Assembly (NCBI GenBank): GCA_013239625.1
Contig: MU054220.1
Coordinates: 3,907,374-3,971,373 of the forward strand
Length of the DNA: 64,000 nucleotides
Reading direction: 5' to 3'
Source of the DNA: Lama guanicoe
Lineage: Eukaryota
A model generated the notes under the pieces. The model was not told where the DNA came from. It searched no databases and saw nothing but the letters and a program-made list of their open reading frames with translations. Numbering within the stretch: position 1 is the first letter of the stretch; every line of letters starts with the position of its first letter. Positions 37,675-49,493 of the stretch are shown one piece after another. A program made the position numbers and the translations under genes.

Positions 37675-38760
37675 CTGGGCAGAGAGGGGGACAGGCCGTT
37701 CGAGCCCCCTGCCCACTCCAGCTGGGGCCTCTCTGGACAGAACCTCAGATCTACCCCTTCCAGGCCCTCCTGGTCTCAGCCAAACCATCAGGATTAGAGT
37801 TTAGGTTTCACTTTGGCTTTTGTGAACCACAAGGAATTTAAAGGGGCGCTCAGGGAACACCTACCATAAACTCAGGGAAACCTACCTACAGCAGGAAACA
37901 GAAATCAGGAGCAGCGAAAACACAAAGTGGAGCAGGAGAGACGTTCAAGTTGAAAGGCAGAACGTAGGTGTGTGGGTCACAAGGAGAGCTGATGGCATAC
38001 GGCTAAGAGTGTCGGGGCTGGAGTCGGCCTACGGAGTTCAAATCCACTTCTGCCACCTAGCAGCTGCTCAGCTTTGGTCAGAGTGCTGACCTCAGCTTCC
38101 TCCTCTGCAAAATGGGGTGGGGGAGGAGGCGCAAAACTTCCTAACTCAAAGGAGTGTTCCTTATGAGGACTGAAAGGGACGAGGCGGGCAAAGCGTCCAG
38201 CCCAGGCCTGGAGAGCTCAGTCACGGCTCAGGGAAGGCCAGTTCCACTTTCAGGCGCTGAGCACATGCAGGTGCTGAGGTTTGGCTCTGAGCTTCCTGAT
38301 TGCCAAAGTGAAAAGGGAGACATGGTCGACTGGCCTTTTTAGAGGAGAAAATGCTCTAGTTCCAGAGGCAAAGAAAGCCTGTCTGGGCTCCGCAGAGCTC
38401 GTGAAGGGCACCCCGAGAGTCTTCAGGTCACATCTGGGCTTGAATTCCTGACAGCACTGGGATCTCAGGGGCTAAGCCTGTGTGCCAGAAATGCCCAGGA
38501 AGGTGGAGAAGAGTGGGGGGAGGGCCCTTTCACATTCTGGCCCTGCCCTGGGAATGAGGAAGCTGCCGCACTTCTCTGAGCTCTGGCGTTCTCGTCTAGA
38601 GAATGAGGTGATAACAGCCATGCTGCTGTTGGGCCCCTGAGAGGACTGAAGGGGCCAGTGGGCAAATCTCAGGCCGCCACCGTGCCCCCTGCACGTGGTC
38701 AGTTCCCCACCTGCTTCCTTCCCATCTCAGGCGGCTCGACCCTGACCAGCAGCCTACTGG

Positions 38761-38774
38761 CCAGCAGGGGGCGT
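38761..38774 (+). promoter_or_regulatory. CTCF core motif CCAGCAGGGGGCGT (CD82 intron)
   Basis: 13/14 match to CCASYAGRKGGCRS, with typical TGG prefix. Confidence 0.55.
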
Positions 38775-39836
38775 GCCAGGCATGCTCAGATGGTCTCTGG
38801 CTCTGGGCAGTTAGTCCAGGCTGGTGCCAGTGCCCAGCTAATTCCTCTCCAGCTGAAAGGCTGGCACCTCTGAGGGACAGCCACAGGCCTTTCCACATCC
38901 AAGCAAAATGAGGCAGCTTTCCTTGGCCCTTCGACTGCACTAAGCAGAGCCCTCCTCTCCAGGGCTCCGTGCACAGAGGCCTCCTGCATCTCAGTGGTTG
39001 TGCTTGATGGTTACGCATCACTGCCGACACGCCACCTGACAAATGCCTTGGGCTTTATGAACTCATCTCACTTGAGCATGGATCAATAGCTCCATTTTAT
39101 AGATGAGGAAACTGAGGCTCCGAGACGGTCTGGCCAGGAAGTAGCCAAGATCGTATTCCAGCTTTTGGGAACCTGACTTGCTGTCTGTTTTCTTACCACC
39201 ATCCCAAGCAGCATCTGACCGACATCAAATCACCTAGAGGCCCTGCCTGCTGTGGGCATCCCCGGTCGGTCCACCACCTCCCGTGGCAGGGCGCTTACCA
39301 CCTCTCCCCCAGGCTCCGTGAAGAGTGATACTTGTTCATCTTGGGACATCCTGCTCCCTCTAATCTCAGCAAACGGTCTCAGCAGTTACGGATCAAACCA
39401 AAGGTGGGATGAAAACATCTTCCTGTGCACACTGAGCCCCCGGCTGACACAGACCCCTATGTCATCAAAAATCTGCATGGCCCGTGGGCCAGAAAATATC
39501 ACCCTCTCCTTTCACAGCTCAGAGAACGGGCGTGCCCATGTTGCCTGGACAGAGACCCATCTCTAGTCTCCACACTCTCCTGGTGTCAGGCTTTCTCCTG
39601 CTGTCCCGCCCCTGCCCCTCACACCCCAAGGCAGCCGTCAGTCAGTGCCAGCAGCTCCTAAGTGACCTCTGTGTCCAGTACCTCCTGAGACAGAGGAGGA
39701 GGCTGCAGCCCAGAGAGGGTGGGTCCTGACCAAGGGCACACAACATCTGGGACCACCAGCGGGGCAGCTGAGACTTGCTCACTGAGGGCGATTGGTGTGT
39801 GTGGTGACTAGTTCATCATCAAGGCAGGCTGGGAAC

Positions 39837-39862
39837 CCAGTCAGTCAGTCAGTCAGTCAGTC
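39837..39862 (+). repeat. (CAGT)n microsatellite in CD82 intron; (CA)n tracts also at about 3743-3770, 5684-5698 and 57858-57881
   Basis: Seen directly. Confidence 0.9.
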
Positions 39863-40371
39863 TCTCTCACTTTGAGGTGGAACACACCTGCACCAAAGTG
39901 TACCAACTCAGCTTGAAGAACTTTTCCATACGAACTGGCATAACCACCACCTGGATCAAGATTTGAATAGAACATGCTTCTCACTCCAGAAGTTTCCCAC
40001 GGCACCTCCTGAGGGGTCGCCTCCATTCATACCTGTGTCAGCCTATCAGCTTCGGCACCCAATTTCCTAACCTCTGGGCTGGAGCTCCCAGCACACCCCA
40101 GCCCGGCTTAAGATGGAGGGTCCAGAGCTGCCCCTTCTCTCTAGCCACAGGTGGGAGCACTGCAAGCCGTAGAGCCACCTCCAGGACCCTGGGACCCTTG
40201 AGCGAGGAACTGTGGTGGCCGAGGTGCCAGGTGGGGGGCTGCTTAGGACCCCCCCACCCCCAACAGACGCACACTCACACACAAGCCCGCTAACAGATTG
40301 TGTCTGCCAGGCACACAGATGACCAGCCCCACACAGACACACAGAGGCCAGTCCCCCTGCATCCCACTCAC

Positions 40372-40473
40372 CTGCGCCTGCACGTAGTCCCAGGCCTCCT
40401 GCAAGCTGTCCTCGTGGTTGTCCTTGTAGTTCTGAATGAGCTGGGTCACGATGCCGCCCATCTCCTGCTTCAG
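40372..40473 (-). CDS. CD82: CD82 coding exon 5 (LKQEMGGIVTQLIQNYKDNHEDSLQEAWDYVQAQ)
   Basis: 102 nt; acceptor ctgcag, donor GTGAGT; helical start of the large extracellular loop. Confidence 0.97.
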
Positions 40474-40699
40474 CTGCAGAGGGGAGAGCGTGGGGCAGAG
40501 TCAGACTCCTGAAACCCGTGCCCCACCTCCGGTCGCATCCGCTTAGACCGCCTCTTCCCCAACTCCTCCAAACACTGGCAACAAGCTCATGGCTCAAGTG
40601 TTTCATCACCCATCCAACCACTTTCCTGCCACCTCCTGGGTGCCAGTGTCCCCCTGGTCACCCAGCACAGTCAGGGCCAACCACCCCTGCCTGACCGTC

Positions 40700-41240
40700 G
40701 CTTCAGCATTCAGCAGAACATGGCCCTTTAAACGTGAATCTCTCCATATCACTGCCGAAAACTGGGCAGTGGCCTCCCACCACTCTCAGGAGAAACACCA
40801 CTGTCTTCTCAATGGCCCATAAGGCCCTCCAACATTTGGCCCTGTTCTTTTTAGACCTCGTTTCCTCTGTTCTCACTCCCTCTATTTCAATTACAGATCT
40901 TGCTGTCTTTGTGCCAAGCACACCCCTGCCTCAGGGCCTTTGCGCTTGTCTCCTCCGCCTGGAATCCTCTTCCCCAAATATTAACATGGCTCACTCCTCC
41001 ACTTCCTTCAGGATGCTACTCAAATGGCACCTCCTCTGAAAGGCCTTCCTGGACCACTCTACAAAATACCAGTCCTTCTCTGTCACCTCCCAGGCCCTCC
41101 TTATCCTATGGGGGTAAGCATGATTTTTTTTTCTATAGCCTCATCATTACGTGCCTATCTGTTTCCAGGATTTATGATCTCTTTTCTCCACTGGAACATC
41201 AACTCCGAGGGGGCAGGGACTATCTGGCCCAGCCTGGGCA
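40700..41240 (+). mobile_element. L2 LINE 3' relic (others at about 8510-8930, 22530-22830, 26115-26270, 50260-50700)
   Basis: cctgcctcagggcctttgcgcttg...cctggaatcctcttcccca...tcaaatggcacctcctctgaaaggccttcc. Confidence 0.7.
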
Positions 41241-41479
41241 GAGTAGGGGTGTGGCAGGTGCGAATAACATGAGCATAACCCTGCCATCTCCCCCACACCA
41301 TGGCAGCACCTCTCCCAGTTAATCCTCATGCTGGACCCAGGGCCCCGCTAAGTTCACTGCCCACCTGTGCTGGCCCCCACCAGGCTCGGAAACTCATGGC
41401 CAATGTTGAAGGAAGCGAGAAACACCTGCTTTTCACTAACCCCGCAGAGAAAACACTCATTTACAGAGAAGGCAGACGA

Positions 41480-41568
41480 TGGCAGGGGGTTAGCTCAGTG
41501 GTAGAGCCCATGCTTAGCATATGCACAAGGTCCTGGGTTCAATCCCCAGTACTTTCACTTTAAAAAAA
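41480..41568 (+). mobile_element. tRNA-derived SINE (same family), short form, in CD82 intron
   Basis: TAGCTCAGTGGTAGAG A-box, GGGTTCAATCCCC B-box, A-tail, TSD agaaggcagacga (41467-41479) / agaaggctagacga (41569-41582). Confidence 0.88.
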
Positions 41569-42289
41569 AGAAGGCTAGACGAGGGATGCAGGGATCAAAA
41601 GGATTCATCCCCCAAGGACTCTTATTGGGGCTCTGAACAGAGGAGCTCACTGTGGCAGCTTGTTAGGAACAAGTCAGCTGTGTAAAGGGAGGCAAACCAA
41701 AACTAGCCTAAGAGCTGAAGACAGGGCTTCCTTTGGCCCAGATGCCAGGCCCCAGCCCCCCAGTCCTGGCCCCAGCCTGGCCCCACCTGGCCCCATCTGT
41801 GGACCTTGCTCAGGGGCCTCTCCGGGCACACCAGCTGGTCATGATCAACTGCTGTCCCTGCAGAACCCAAGAGCAAGGGGCCAGCAGGTGCCAGAGTTGC
41901 ATCGGCACCAAGCGGAGCCCCACACCTGCCTCTCAGTTCCTGAAAGAGGAATTGGAGGGCTGGGACAGGTACTTCCAGGCAGGGGCCTTCAGAGCCTGGC
42001 TCAGAACCCCGTGAATGGCGCATCCACCAGCTTCCCATGGGCAGCTGTGAACCCTGGGCTCAGAGAACCAACATCCTCCAGACAGACCCATGGGCCTGGC
42101 TCCTTGCCCCACTCCCTTCACCAACCCTAGGAACCAGCCCCTGTCCCAGGCAGCCCCATCCTCTTGGACCGCTCTCTGCCCCTCTCCCTTTCCATAAAAC
42201 ACTTAGCATAATACTTTTTTGGTTTTATTCACACAGAGCTCTACGGTTTACCAAGCTTTCCCCTCAGTGACTAATCACAACAGCAGTAG

Positions 42290-42545
42290 TGGCTAACTTT
42301 GATCAGATGCTTCTTAGGCACCAGAACAGTACTAAGCACTTTTAATGCATGATTTCACTGTAATTCTCAGAGCAGACCTATGGCCTAGGTATTGCCCTCA
42401 TTGCCTCATTACAGAGATGCAGAAAATGAGGCTCAGAGAGGTTAATTAACTTGCCCAAGGTCTCATAGCCAACATATGAAGAGCTGGGGTTTGGACCCAG
42501 GCTTGTCTGATTCCAGAACCCAAGTTTTTACCCATTAAGCTCTAA
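42290..42545 (-). mobile_element. Near full-length MIR SINE
   Basis: cagatgcttcttaggcaccag...gaaaatgaggctcagagaggttaattaacttgcccaaggtc...cccaggcttgtctgattccagaacc. Confidence 0.75.
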
Positions 42546-43618
42546 ACCAGCATTTAAACCATATGGCCAGAACTTGCAGTAGGTCAGAGCAGTTTTAAGG
42601 AGGGCCCAGAGAAGCGAAGTGATTTGCCCATGTCACACAGCCAGAGCTGTCTATCTGTAGAATCTGAGTCTTTCTGCCTTGACCTCTGCTCCACCTCTAC
42701 TCCCTAGTGAGCTGACAATCCCTGAGGCATAGAAAGGAGGGGGTCCCCAGAGGCATTTGCATAGAGAGCTGTCTCATCTTGATCCTTCCCACCCACCCCC
42801 CCTCACCCACCTCGGCTCTATTTATACTCAGCAATGGTTGCCACTGCAGCCCAGACTTCCCTGTTTCAGGTCCCTGAAATGAGAAGGTGATGCAAGCTGG
42901 GTGGTTTCCACTGAGGCTGGGTGGTTTCCATGGAAACACTACATCCATCCTCCTGCCCAGAATGGGGCTGAGGGACACAATTAGGCCACAGGGACCATGG
43001 CTGCAGGGGCTGGTTCAGCTTAGAGCTGATGCCTTGGCACCCCAATGCCAGGAGGCCATGTTAGGAGCCCAGGGAGGTTACCTCGGCAACCAGACAGTTC
43101 CTGAGACAAGAAGGAGCAAGGAGGGAGAGTCAGAAGATGCTCACCATCTCTTTTCATCCCTGCAGGGCCCCTCTGTGGTTTCTGCCTGCCCTACACCCAT
43201 CCTCCCTTCTCCTTGAAATGGTAGTTCCCTTCCTTGGGGATGAGCACCTTTCAGTCCCTCCGTGTGGCTGGGAAGCCCTGCCCCCTCACTGCATGAGCAG
43301 GCAAAGACCCAGGCTGCCACTTAGTGCCTCCATACCCTGGGCACAGAGAATGGTTCAGGGATGGGTGTGAGTCCTGAGGTCACATACACTGGCCCTGTCT
43401 TTCCACTAATCTGGTGGGATAAGGGCCTGAGCTGCTGGTGGCCACCTGAAGCTCCACTGGGGACAGCTGGCCTGAGGAGGGAGCCAACAGATGAGAGCAG
43501 GGCCAAGGATGGAGAGGTGTCCTGATGGCAGCCTTTAGGAACCTGGATCCAGCTGAGCCTGCAGCCAGTCTGTCCAGTTTCAGTTGGGTTACTGTCACTT
43601 GTAATAAAGCATCCTGCC

Positions 43619-43780
43619 CAGGACTTGCTGCATAATTTACAGCCCAGTGCAAAATGAAAATGCAGGGCTTCTTACTGTGAAATGATTAAAAATTTCAAGA
43701 CATCAGACCAAGCACAAGACCATTCTAAGTGTGGGATGGTGTGTGGCTGCTGGGGTTACACACCTAGGGAGCCAGCCCTG
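43619..43780. mobile_element. hAT-Tip100 MITE (MER45A-like)
   Basis: cataattt...cccagtgcaaaatgaaaatgcaggg...ttaaaaatttcaagac...gagccagccctg. Confidence 0.7.
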
Positions 43781-44049
43781 GTCCTGCCCAACACCATTCT
43801 CCCCATTTCCCAGAAGAGAAAACCAAGGCTCAGAGAGTGAGAATAACTTCCCAAGATGAGATCACCATCAAGTAGCAGAGATACGACCTTAACCTGCTAT
43901 GTGCAGCTCCAGGACCCTGAGATCCTAATCACAGCAAGCCACCCACCAGCTCCACCTGACCTGAGATGCTGTCATCCTCTGGGGTGCCTCTCCTCCCCCT
44001 CAGCCCCTGCTGTGCTTTTATTTCACCTTGTAATGTGACTTTTCTCAGA

Positions 44050-44380
44050 CAATCAGAAGTAAAAGAGACCTTTGAGTCCAGCATATCATCCAAACATAAG
44101 AATCCCTCCCATATTTTTCCAGGCTCTGCTTAAATGCTCCCTGTGACAGGGAACTCAGTAACACACAAAACAGCATACTGCAGGATTGGGGAGGCTCCTG
44201 ATACGAGCAACTCATTTTAAGTCAAGCTCAAATGACTTCTGCCCATTAGTTTTCATCCTCCTTCTCCCACTCAAGTCCCAGCTGGAACCATACACAACAA
44301 ATCAAATTGCTCTCCCCCAGAATAACGGTCATTCAGGTATTTAAGACCAAACCACATCTCCTTTCACCCCCACCTCCCCA
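44050..44380 (-). mobile_element. CR1/L3 LINE relic
   Basis: ctctgcttaaatgctccctgtgacagggaactca...ttcaggtatttaagac. Confidence 0.5.
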
Positions 44381-47300
44381 GGGGAAGTCTCCATGCTCCT
44401 TTGATGGCCCTTTGGGATGGTGTTCAGCCCTTTCTCCCTGTTCTAATGTGTCAAATTAACGCTTACAATGAGGTGTCCCCATGCAATGTAAGGGACCCAC
44501 ACCTTCCTGTCCTCTTCCCGGGTTCCCTCAGAAGGTGTTGCCAATGCTTTGAGACGTCACCTGGGATCCTCGTAAGAAATGAGGACCCTTTGCCCTGGGG
44601 AATGTGGAGGGAGTGGCATATTTTTACTCTTAGTGACCCCCAGCATCTTCCTGGAAAGCCAAACTGCAATCTATACAACTGTCTACTCCAGAATTCAGCA
44701 AGGGGACCGCGTTCCCTGCCCCTGCACCCCCACACCCTCACTGGAAGCTCTCTGAGGGTGCCACCTGAGTCAGGCACTGGGGCCATGCAGGCAGCTGCTT
44801 AAGAGTTTCTGCCCACTGCTCTCCTCTGACCCTTTCCAGAAGGACAGCCTGGACACCTTCTTCCCCCTTCCAAAAGGGAAAAGAAAGGCCACCATCACCT
44901 CCCCTTGTCCTGATTCCAGCTGCCACCCCTACGGTGGCAGTGGAAACCCCCGAGCTAGTGGACCAGGAAGTCTCCATCGCAGGGAGCAGATGTCTCACAG
45001 ACGGCGCTGTCCTCAAGGAAGCCGTTTCGCTACCTGTGCGCTAGGTCCTGTGTGCACTGGGTATTTGGCTATTTGGGGCGTCTTAGGTGGAAGAGGAAAG
45101 GAGGAGGAAGGAAATACAGTTCTCCTGGCCACCTCTCTGGGGAGCCACTGTCACCACCCCTACCGCTGGCTCCCACGCAGACCACGGAAGCCCTTCCTCC
45201 CCAAGCTCTCAGCCTTCGTCCTTCTGCTCAAGCCCCTGATATAACCTCTCAGAGCCCCACACGTGCAGGTTAGCGGTACAAACTGCATAAATGCACCAAA
45301 TCCAGCGCCCAGCACATCGTGGGAAACAGTTATAAGTTAGTTCACTTCTTCCCCCATTGACCCCGCACCCACCCTCCACTGCCTGGAGAGAACAAGTCAG
45401 AATTCCAGAATGTCAGAGCTGGGAATGGTCCAAGTGTTCACCCAAGGCTCAGAGAGGCTGGGTAATATGTCCAAGGCCACACAGCAAGCAGCTGTGGAAA
45501 CAGCCAGAGGAATCTTAACTTCACACGTAAATCCCGGTTCCCACAGCCCGGGCTGATGCTAACATTAATACTGATGGCACAGGAACAGCTGCCATTCTCT
45601 GAGCCCTTACTAGGCATTAGTGAAGTTAATAATAGTGACAGTCATAATAAACTCTTGCGATGATGCCAGCAAACATCTGCCCTGGGCCAGGTGGACGCTA
45701 TGACCACCTGTCAATGCTCTCTATCCTCCCCGCAGCACCATACAGTCGCCCTTGGGGCCAATGGGTCCAGCACGGAGCAACGTTTGGATTTTAGAAAGGG
45801 CTGGGGGCTATGTGTCACCCCCACAAACTCTCCCTTTCCTATTTCCCGAGGGACACCTTAAAGAGGGTAAAACAAAGCCATAAACAGCCTCATTTCCATT
45901 CAGGTTCAATTTTGCCACCAAATGAGTTGCAAATGGTATTTTTGGTTTTCAAAGTGTGTTTTGAACTTTGGAATTGCAGATAAAGGAGAGTGGACATGTA
46001 TGATTATTGCCATTCAACAAAAGAAGAAACTGAGGCACAGAGAGGCTGAATAACTTGCCGAGGGTCTCAGACCAGGGTTCCAGCACGGACAGTTTGGTGC
46101 TGGGGTCCAGGCCCTCGGCCGCCACTTTATTCCTTCTACCAGCATTGAAGTCTGGGCTCACTGCAGCCCTGGCTGGGGTGGGGTCCAGCCAGGTTTATTC
46201 TCCTCCAGCTACAGATGCGGAACCCATGGCTTGAGAGACCAGTGCCTTGTCCAAGGTCCCAGCTCCCCTGTTGCTGCCCTGGGAACAGTGGCTGCAAGGA
46301 GCGTAGGGCAGGAAGGACAGATGGCAGCCCTGGAGACCACTTCAGGGGGAGCCCAGGGTCGCAGTCCCTCCCACCTGCCTAGGGGGCCTGGAGAGAGGGG
46401 GAAGACTGGGCTCATCGCCTTCCAGAACTCCTTTCTCCGCCAGGCTTCCCAGATGGGCCTCATCTGCAGGAATAAACACCACCGAGGGCATGTTTAGTCT
46501 CCCACCGGGATTTACAATGTGCTGGGAAAGAAAAAATAAATCATTCATTCCAACTTGGGCGATTGAGTGGCGCCAGAACTTCCCCAGCAAAGCCAGGAAA
46601 TTTCCCCCTGCTTCCAGAAAAGGGGGTGGGCCAAGGTGAGGTGGGCTGGGGCCAGGGGGCATTTGAAGCCCGGGGGTGGGGGTGAGGAAAAGGAGGGGAC
46701 AATGGGGTACCATGCTGGACACAGCCGGGACTGGAGTCAGGAGAGCCCATTGTCCAAGCAAGCCCTGCTCTCGGCCCGTGGGATGCCTCTGAGGCCTGGC
46801 TTCTGGTCGGCGCTAAGCAGATTATACCAGTTAGTGGGGAGGTGGCGTGGTATAGAGAGAGGCATGGGCCTCAGGTCAGGGGCATCTGCATAGAGAGCTC
46901 CACTCTGACGCATCTGAGCTGCGTGTGACCACGGCCAAAAGTCACTGCTTTCCTGGGCCTCAGTTTCCTAAACTCGAGATGCTTGTAAAACTGAAATGTG
47001 TGTCGAGGTGCTAGCTCAGCTCCTGGGATGCAATTGGTGCTCACAGATGGGCGCTGTCTTTATTACTGTGAGATGGAGACACACACGGGGGTGAAAAGGT
47101 GGACTGAACGACACCCCTGCAGAGTAGACCAGCTTCTGGGTTAGTCCCAGGAATCAGATCACTGGGGCCCAGTTCTTATTCACTCTCTGTAATGTACCAA
47201 TGACTGGGTACCAGAGAAGTCCCAGGTGCCGTGGGGCGGAAATGAACTTATCCCACAATGCTTTCTTTAGAAAAGTAGTTTCCCTCCGTCAAACACTAGC

Positions 47301-47589
47301 TTTCTCTCTGGTAGCCAAGTGAACTTCCTTTCATCTACTAAAACTGCTATTTCCCCTTTTGCTTTGGCTGCCAGGAAGCTCAGTATTCAAGTTGGCTATC
47401 CGCTGTTGTATCTTACCCCCTAACCTCAGAAACAATGGTCTTCTTTCTCTCAGTGTGCATTCTGATCTCTCTCATATTGATTTTAGCTACTCTATATCCA
47501 TGTTAAAAGCCAACTCCAATTCTCCTGGGAAATAGGCTGCGTGTGGATTATAAATAAGTAAAGCAGATTCAGGTAAGAACCACTACAAT

Positions 47590-47830
47590 GAAAATTTCAT
47601 CAGCATGAATCTAGAAGCCAGGTCGCCTTCGTCCAGATCTTGGTCTGCCACTTACTAAGTGTGTGACCTTTGGCCGAGTTAATTAACCTCTCTGTGCCTC
47701 AGCTTCCACATCTGAAAATGAGGGTATTCATTCATACTCATGCTCTCAAAGGCTTGCCGTGAGGAACGAATCATTAAATGCAGCATATGTGAAGCATTTA
47801 GTACCCGGCTTGTTCTAAATTCTACTGTGT
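47590..47830 (+). mobile_element. MIR SINE
   Basis: ctgccacttactaagtgtgtgaccttt...aacctctctgtgcctcagcttccacatctgaaaatgagg. Confidence 0.75.
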
Positions 47831-48269
47831 TAGTTGTTGGTGTTGGTGTAATCTTTTCTCAGCTTCCTTCTGAGAGGGATCTGCGGCAACTTGACCTGCA
47901 AGTGCTCAAATGTGGGAGCCCACCTGACTGCCAGCCCTGCCACCCCCACTGGTGGACAAGAACTGTAGCTCTGGCAAAAGGCAGGATGCTGGGGGAACTC
48001 TGAGTGGAATCAGGGAGCCTGGGCTCTGGTCTGGCCTGGCCACTGACCGCCTTGCGCCCTCAGCCCTCGTCTGTAGGATGAGGGTACCCGCACCACCTTT
48101 CTATGGTGTGGTGAGGCTCAGGGAAAGAAGAAATACACAGTGGCCAACACTGCACCCAGGACATGGTGTGTGCTGAAGCTATGCAGGAGATGGCGGGGGT
48201 TGTAAGGATGGAATAATGTGTGTAAACCTTTGAGAAAGTACCATGTGCATGTAGTAGGTGCTCCATAAT

Positions 48270-48730
48270 GACAACTGACAGTCACGATCGACTGGCTTAC
48301 CCAATAGCCACTGCCAGCTCCCTTCTCTCTTGTGCCTCTGTCTCTAGAGTCTGAAAGCTGGATACATACTTTCTCAGCCTCCCTTGAGGCCAGGAATGCC
48401 CTTGTAACCCAGTCTGGGGGAGGCTTCTGGGGAGGGCTTGCTTTTCTGATAAAAGTCATGGCCATGGCTGGCATTGCCTTACTTCCTTTCTTCTGGGCTC
48501 AGCAGCACAGATGTTGTGCCTGTGCTAAGGCAGCCATCTTGTGGCCATGAGGTGAGTGGCATGATTTAGGAAGGCTGTCTTAATAAGGATGCTGAACAGA
48601 TAGCCAGAACTAAGATCTCTGAGCTTCCAAACACGACTTCTGGTTAAGTCAATGACAAATATCCTTAGAATTTCAGCCCCGGTACGTCTGATTTTCTGTT
48701 CCTCTGTGCTGAGTGTCCCCTCCTCTGACA
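48270..48730 (+). mobile_element. MaLR (MLT1-type) LTR relic
   Basis: ggaggcttctgggagggcttgcttttctgataaaag, ggcagccatcttgtggccatgagg. Confidence 0.6.
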
Positions 48731-49173
48731 CAGGATGAATGTTTTCATTGACAGTCTCCTCCCTGGGCCTCATTTGTGGATGAGGTGCCATAACTGTGCT
48801 AAGTGTTTTGCTCAGATAATCTCACTGAATCATCGTTAACAATCCTGAGGATTAAATCTACTAATGTCCTCAGTTTACAGAAGGTGAAACAGGCACAGAG
48901 AGGCATGCAGCTTGCCCATGGCCACTCAGCAAGAAGGTGGTGGGGTAGACCTGAGATTTGAGCAGCGACTAAGCCCACCCGTACTGTCCTCTCCTCTAAC
49001 GCTCTGCCATGTGACCACAAGGAACTGGAGGCCTGGGAGGCTGCCTGGCACCTATGGGCTTCTCTGCAACAACTGAGAGGCCTCTTGTCTACCTCTCACT
49101 CCCAGGCCAACCCTGGACCCCACTCTGAGCGGCTCATCCGCCCAGGTTGGGGTGAGGACGAGGGGGTGCTTAC

Positions 49174-49248
49174 CTTGCCCATGTTGAAGTAGAAGAGGAC
49201 CCCAGCAGTCACCTGGATGATGAGGATCAGGAGGAGGAAGACAAAGTA
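49174..49248 (-). CDS. CD82: CD82 coding exon 4 (YFVFLLLILIIQVTAGVLFYFNMGK)
   Basis: 75 nt; acceptor ccccag, donor GTAAGC; TM3 with polar Q99; preceded by a 120-nt intron. Confidence 0.97.
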
Positions 49249-49368
49249 CTGGGGACACAGAGCAGGCACAGAGTCAGCTGAGGCCCCCCAGCAAGTCCCC
49301 CTCACCTCGATGCCCCCACCCGGGCTGGGTGCAGCGGGCTGCAGGGCAGCGGCGGAGGCCCTACTCAC

Positions 49369-49493
49369 CAGCCCCAGCAGGCAGCGGACCTCGTTGACAG
49401 CACCGATGCAGCCCAGGAAGCCCATGAGCATGGTGAAGGCCCCCACGCTGATGAAGATGTAGGCTCCCACCTTGAGCGAGGTGGAGGAGGTCT
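49369..49493 (-). CDS. CD82: CD82 coding exon 3 (QTSSTSLKVGAYIFISVGAFTMLMGFLGCIGAVNEVRCLLGL)
   Basis: 125 nt; acceptor ccgcag, donor GTGAGT; TM2 with the tetraspanin GFLGCxGA motif. Confidence 0.97.
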
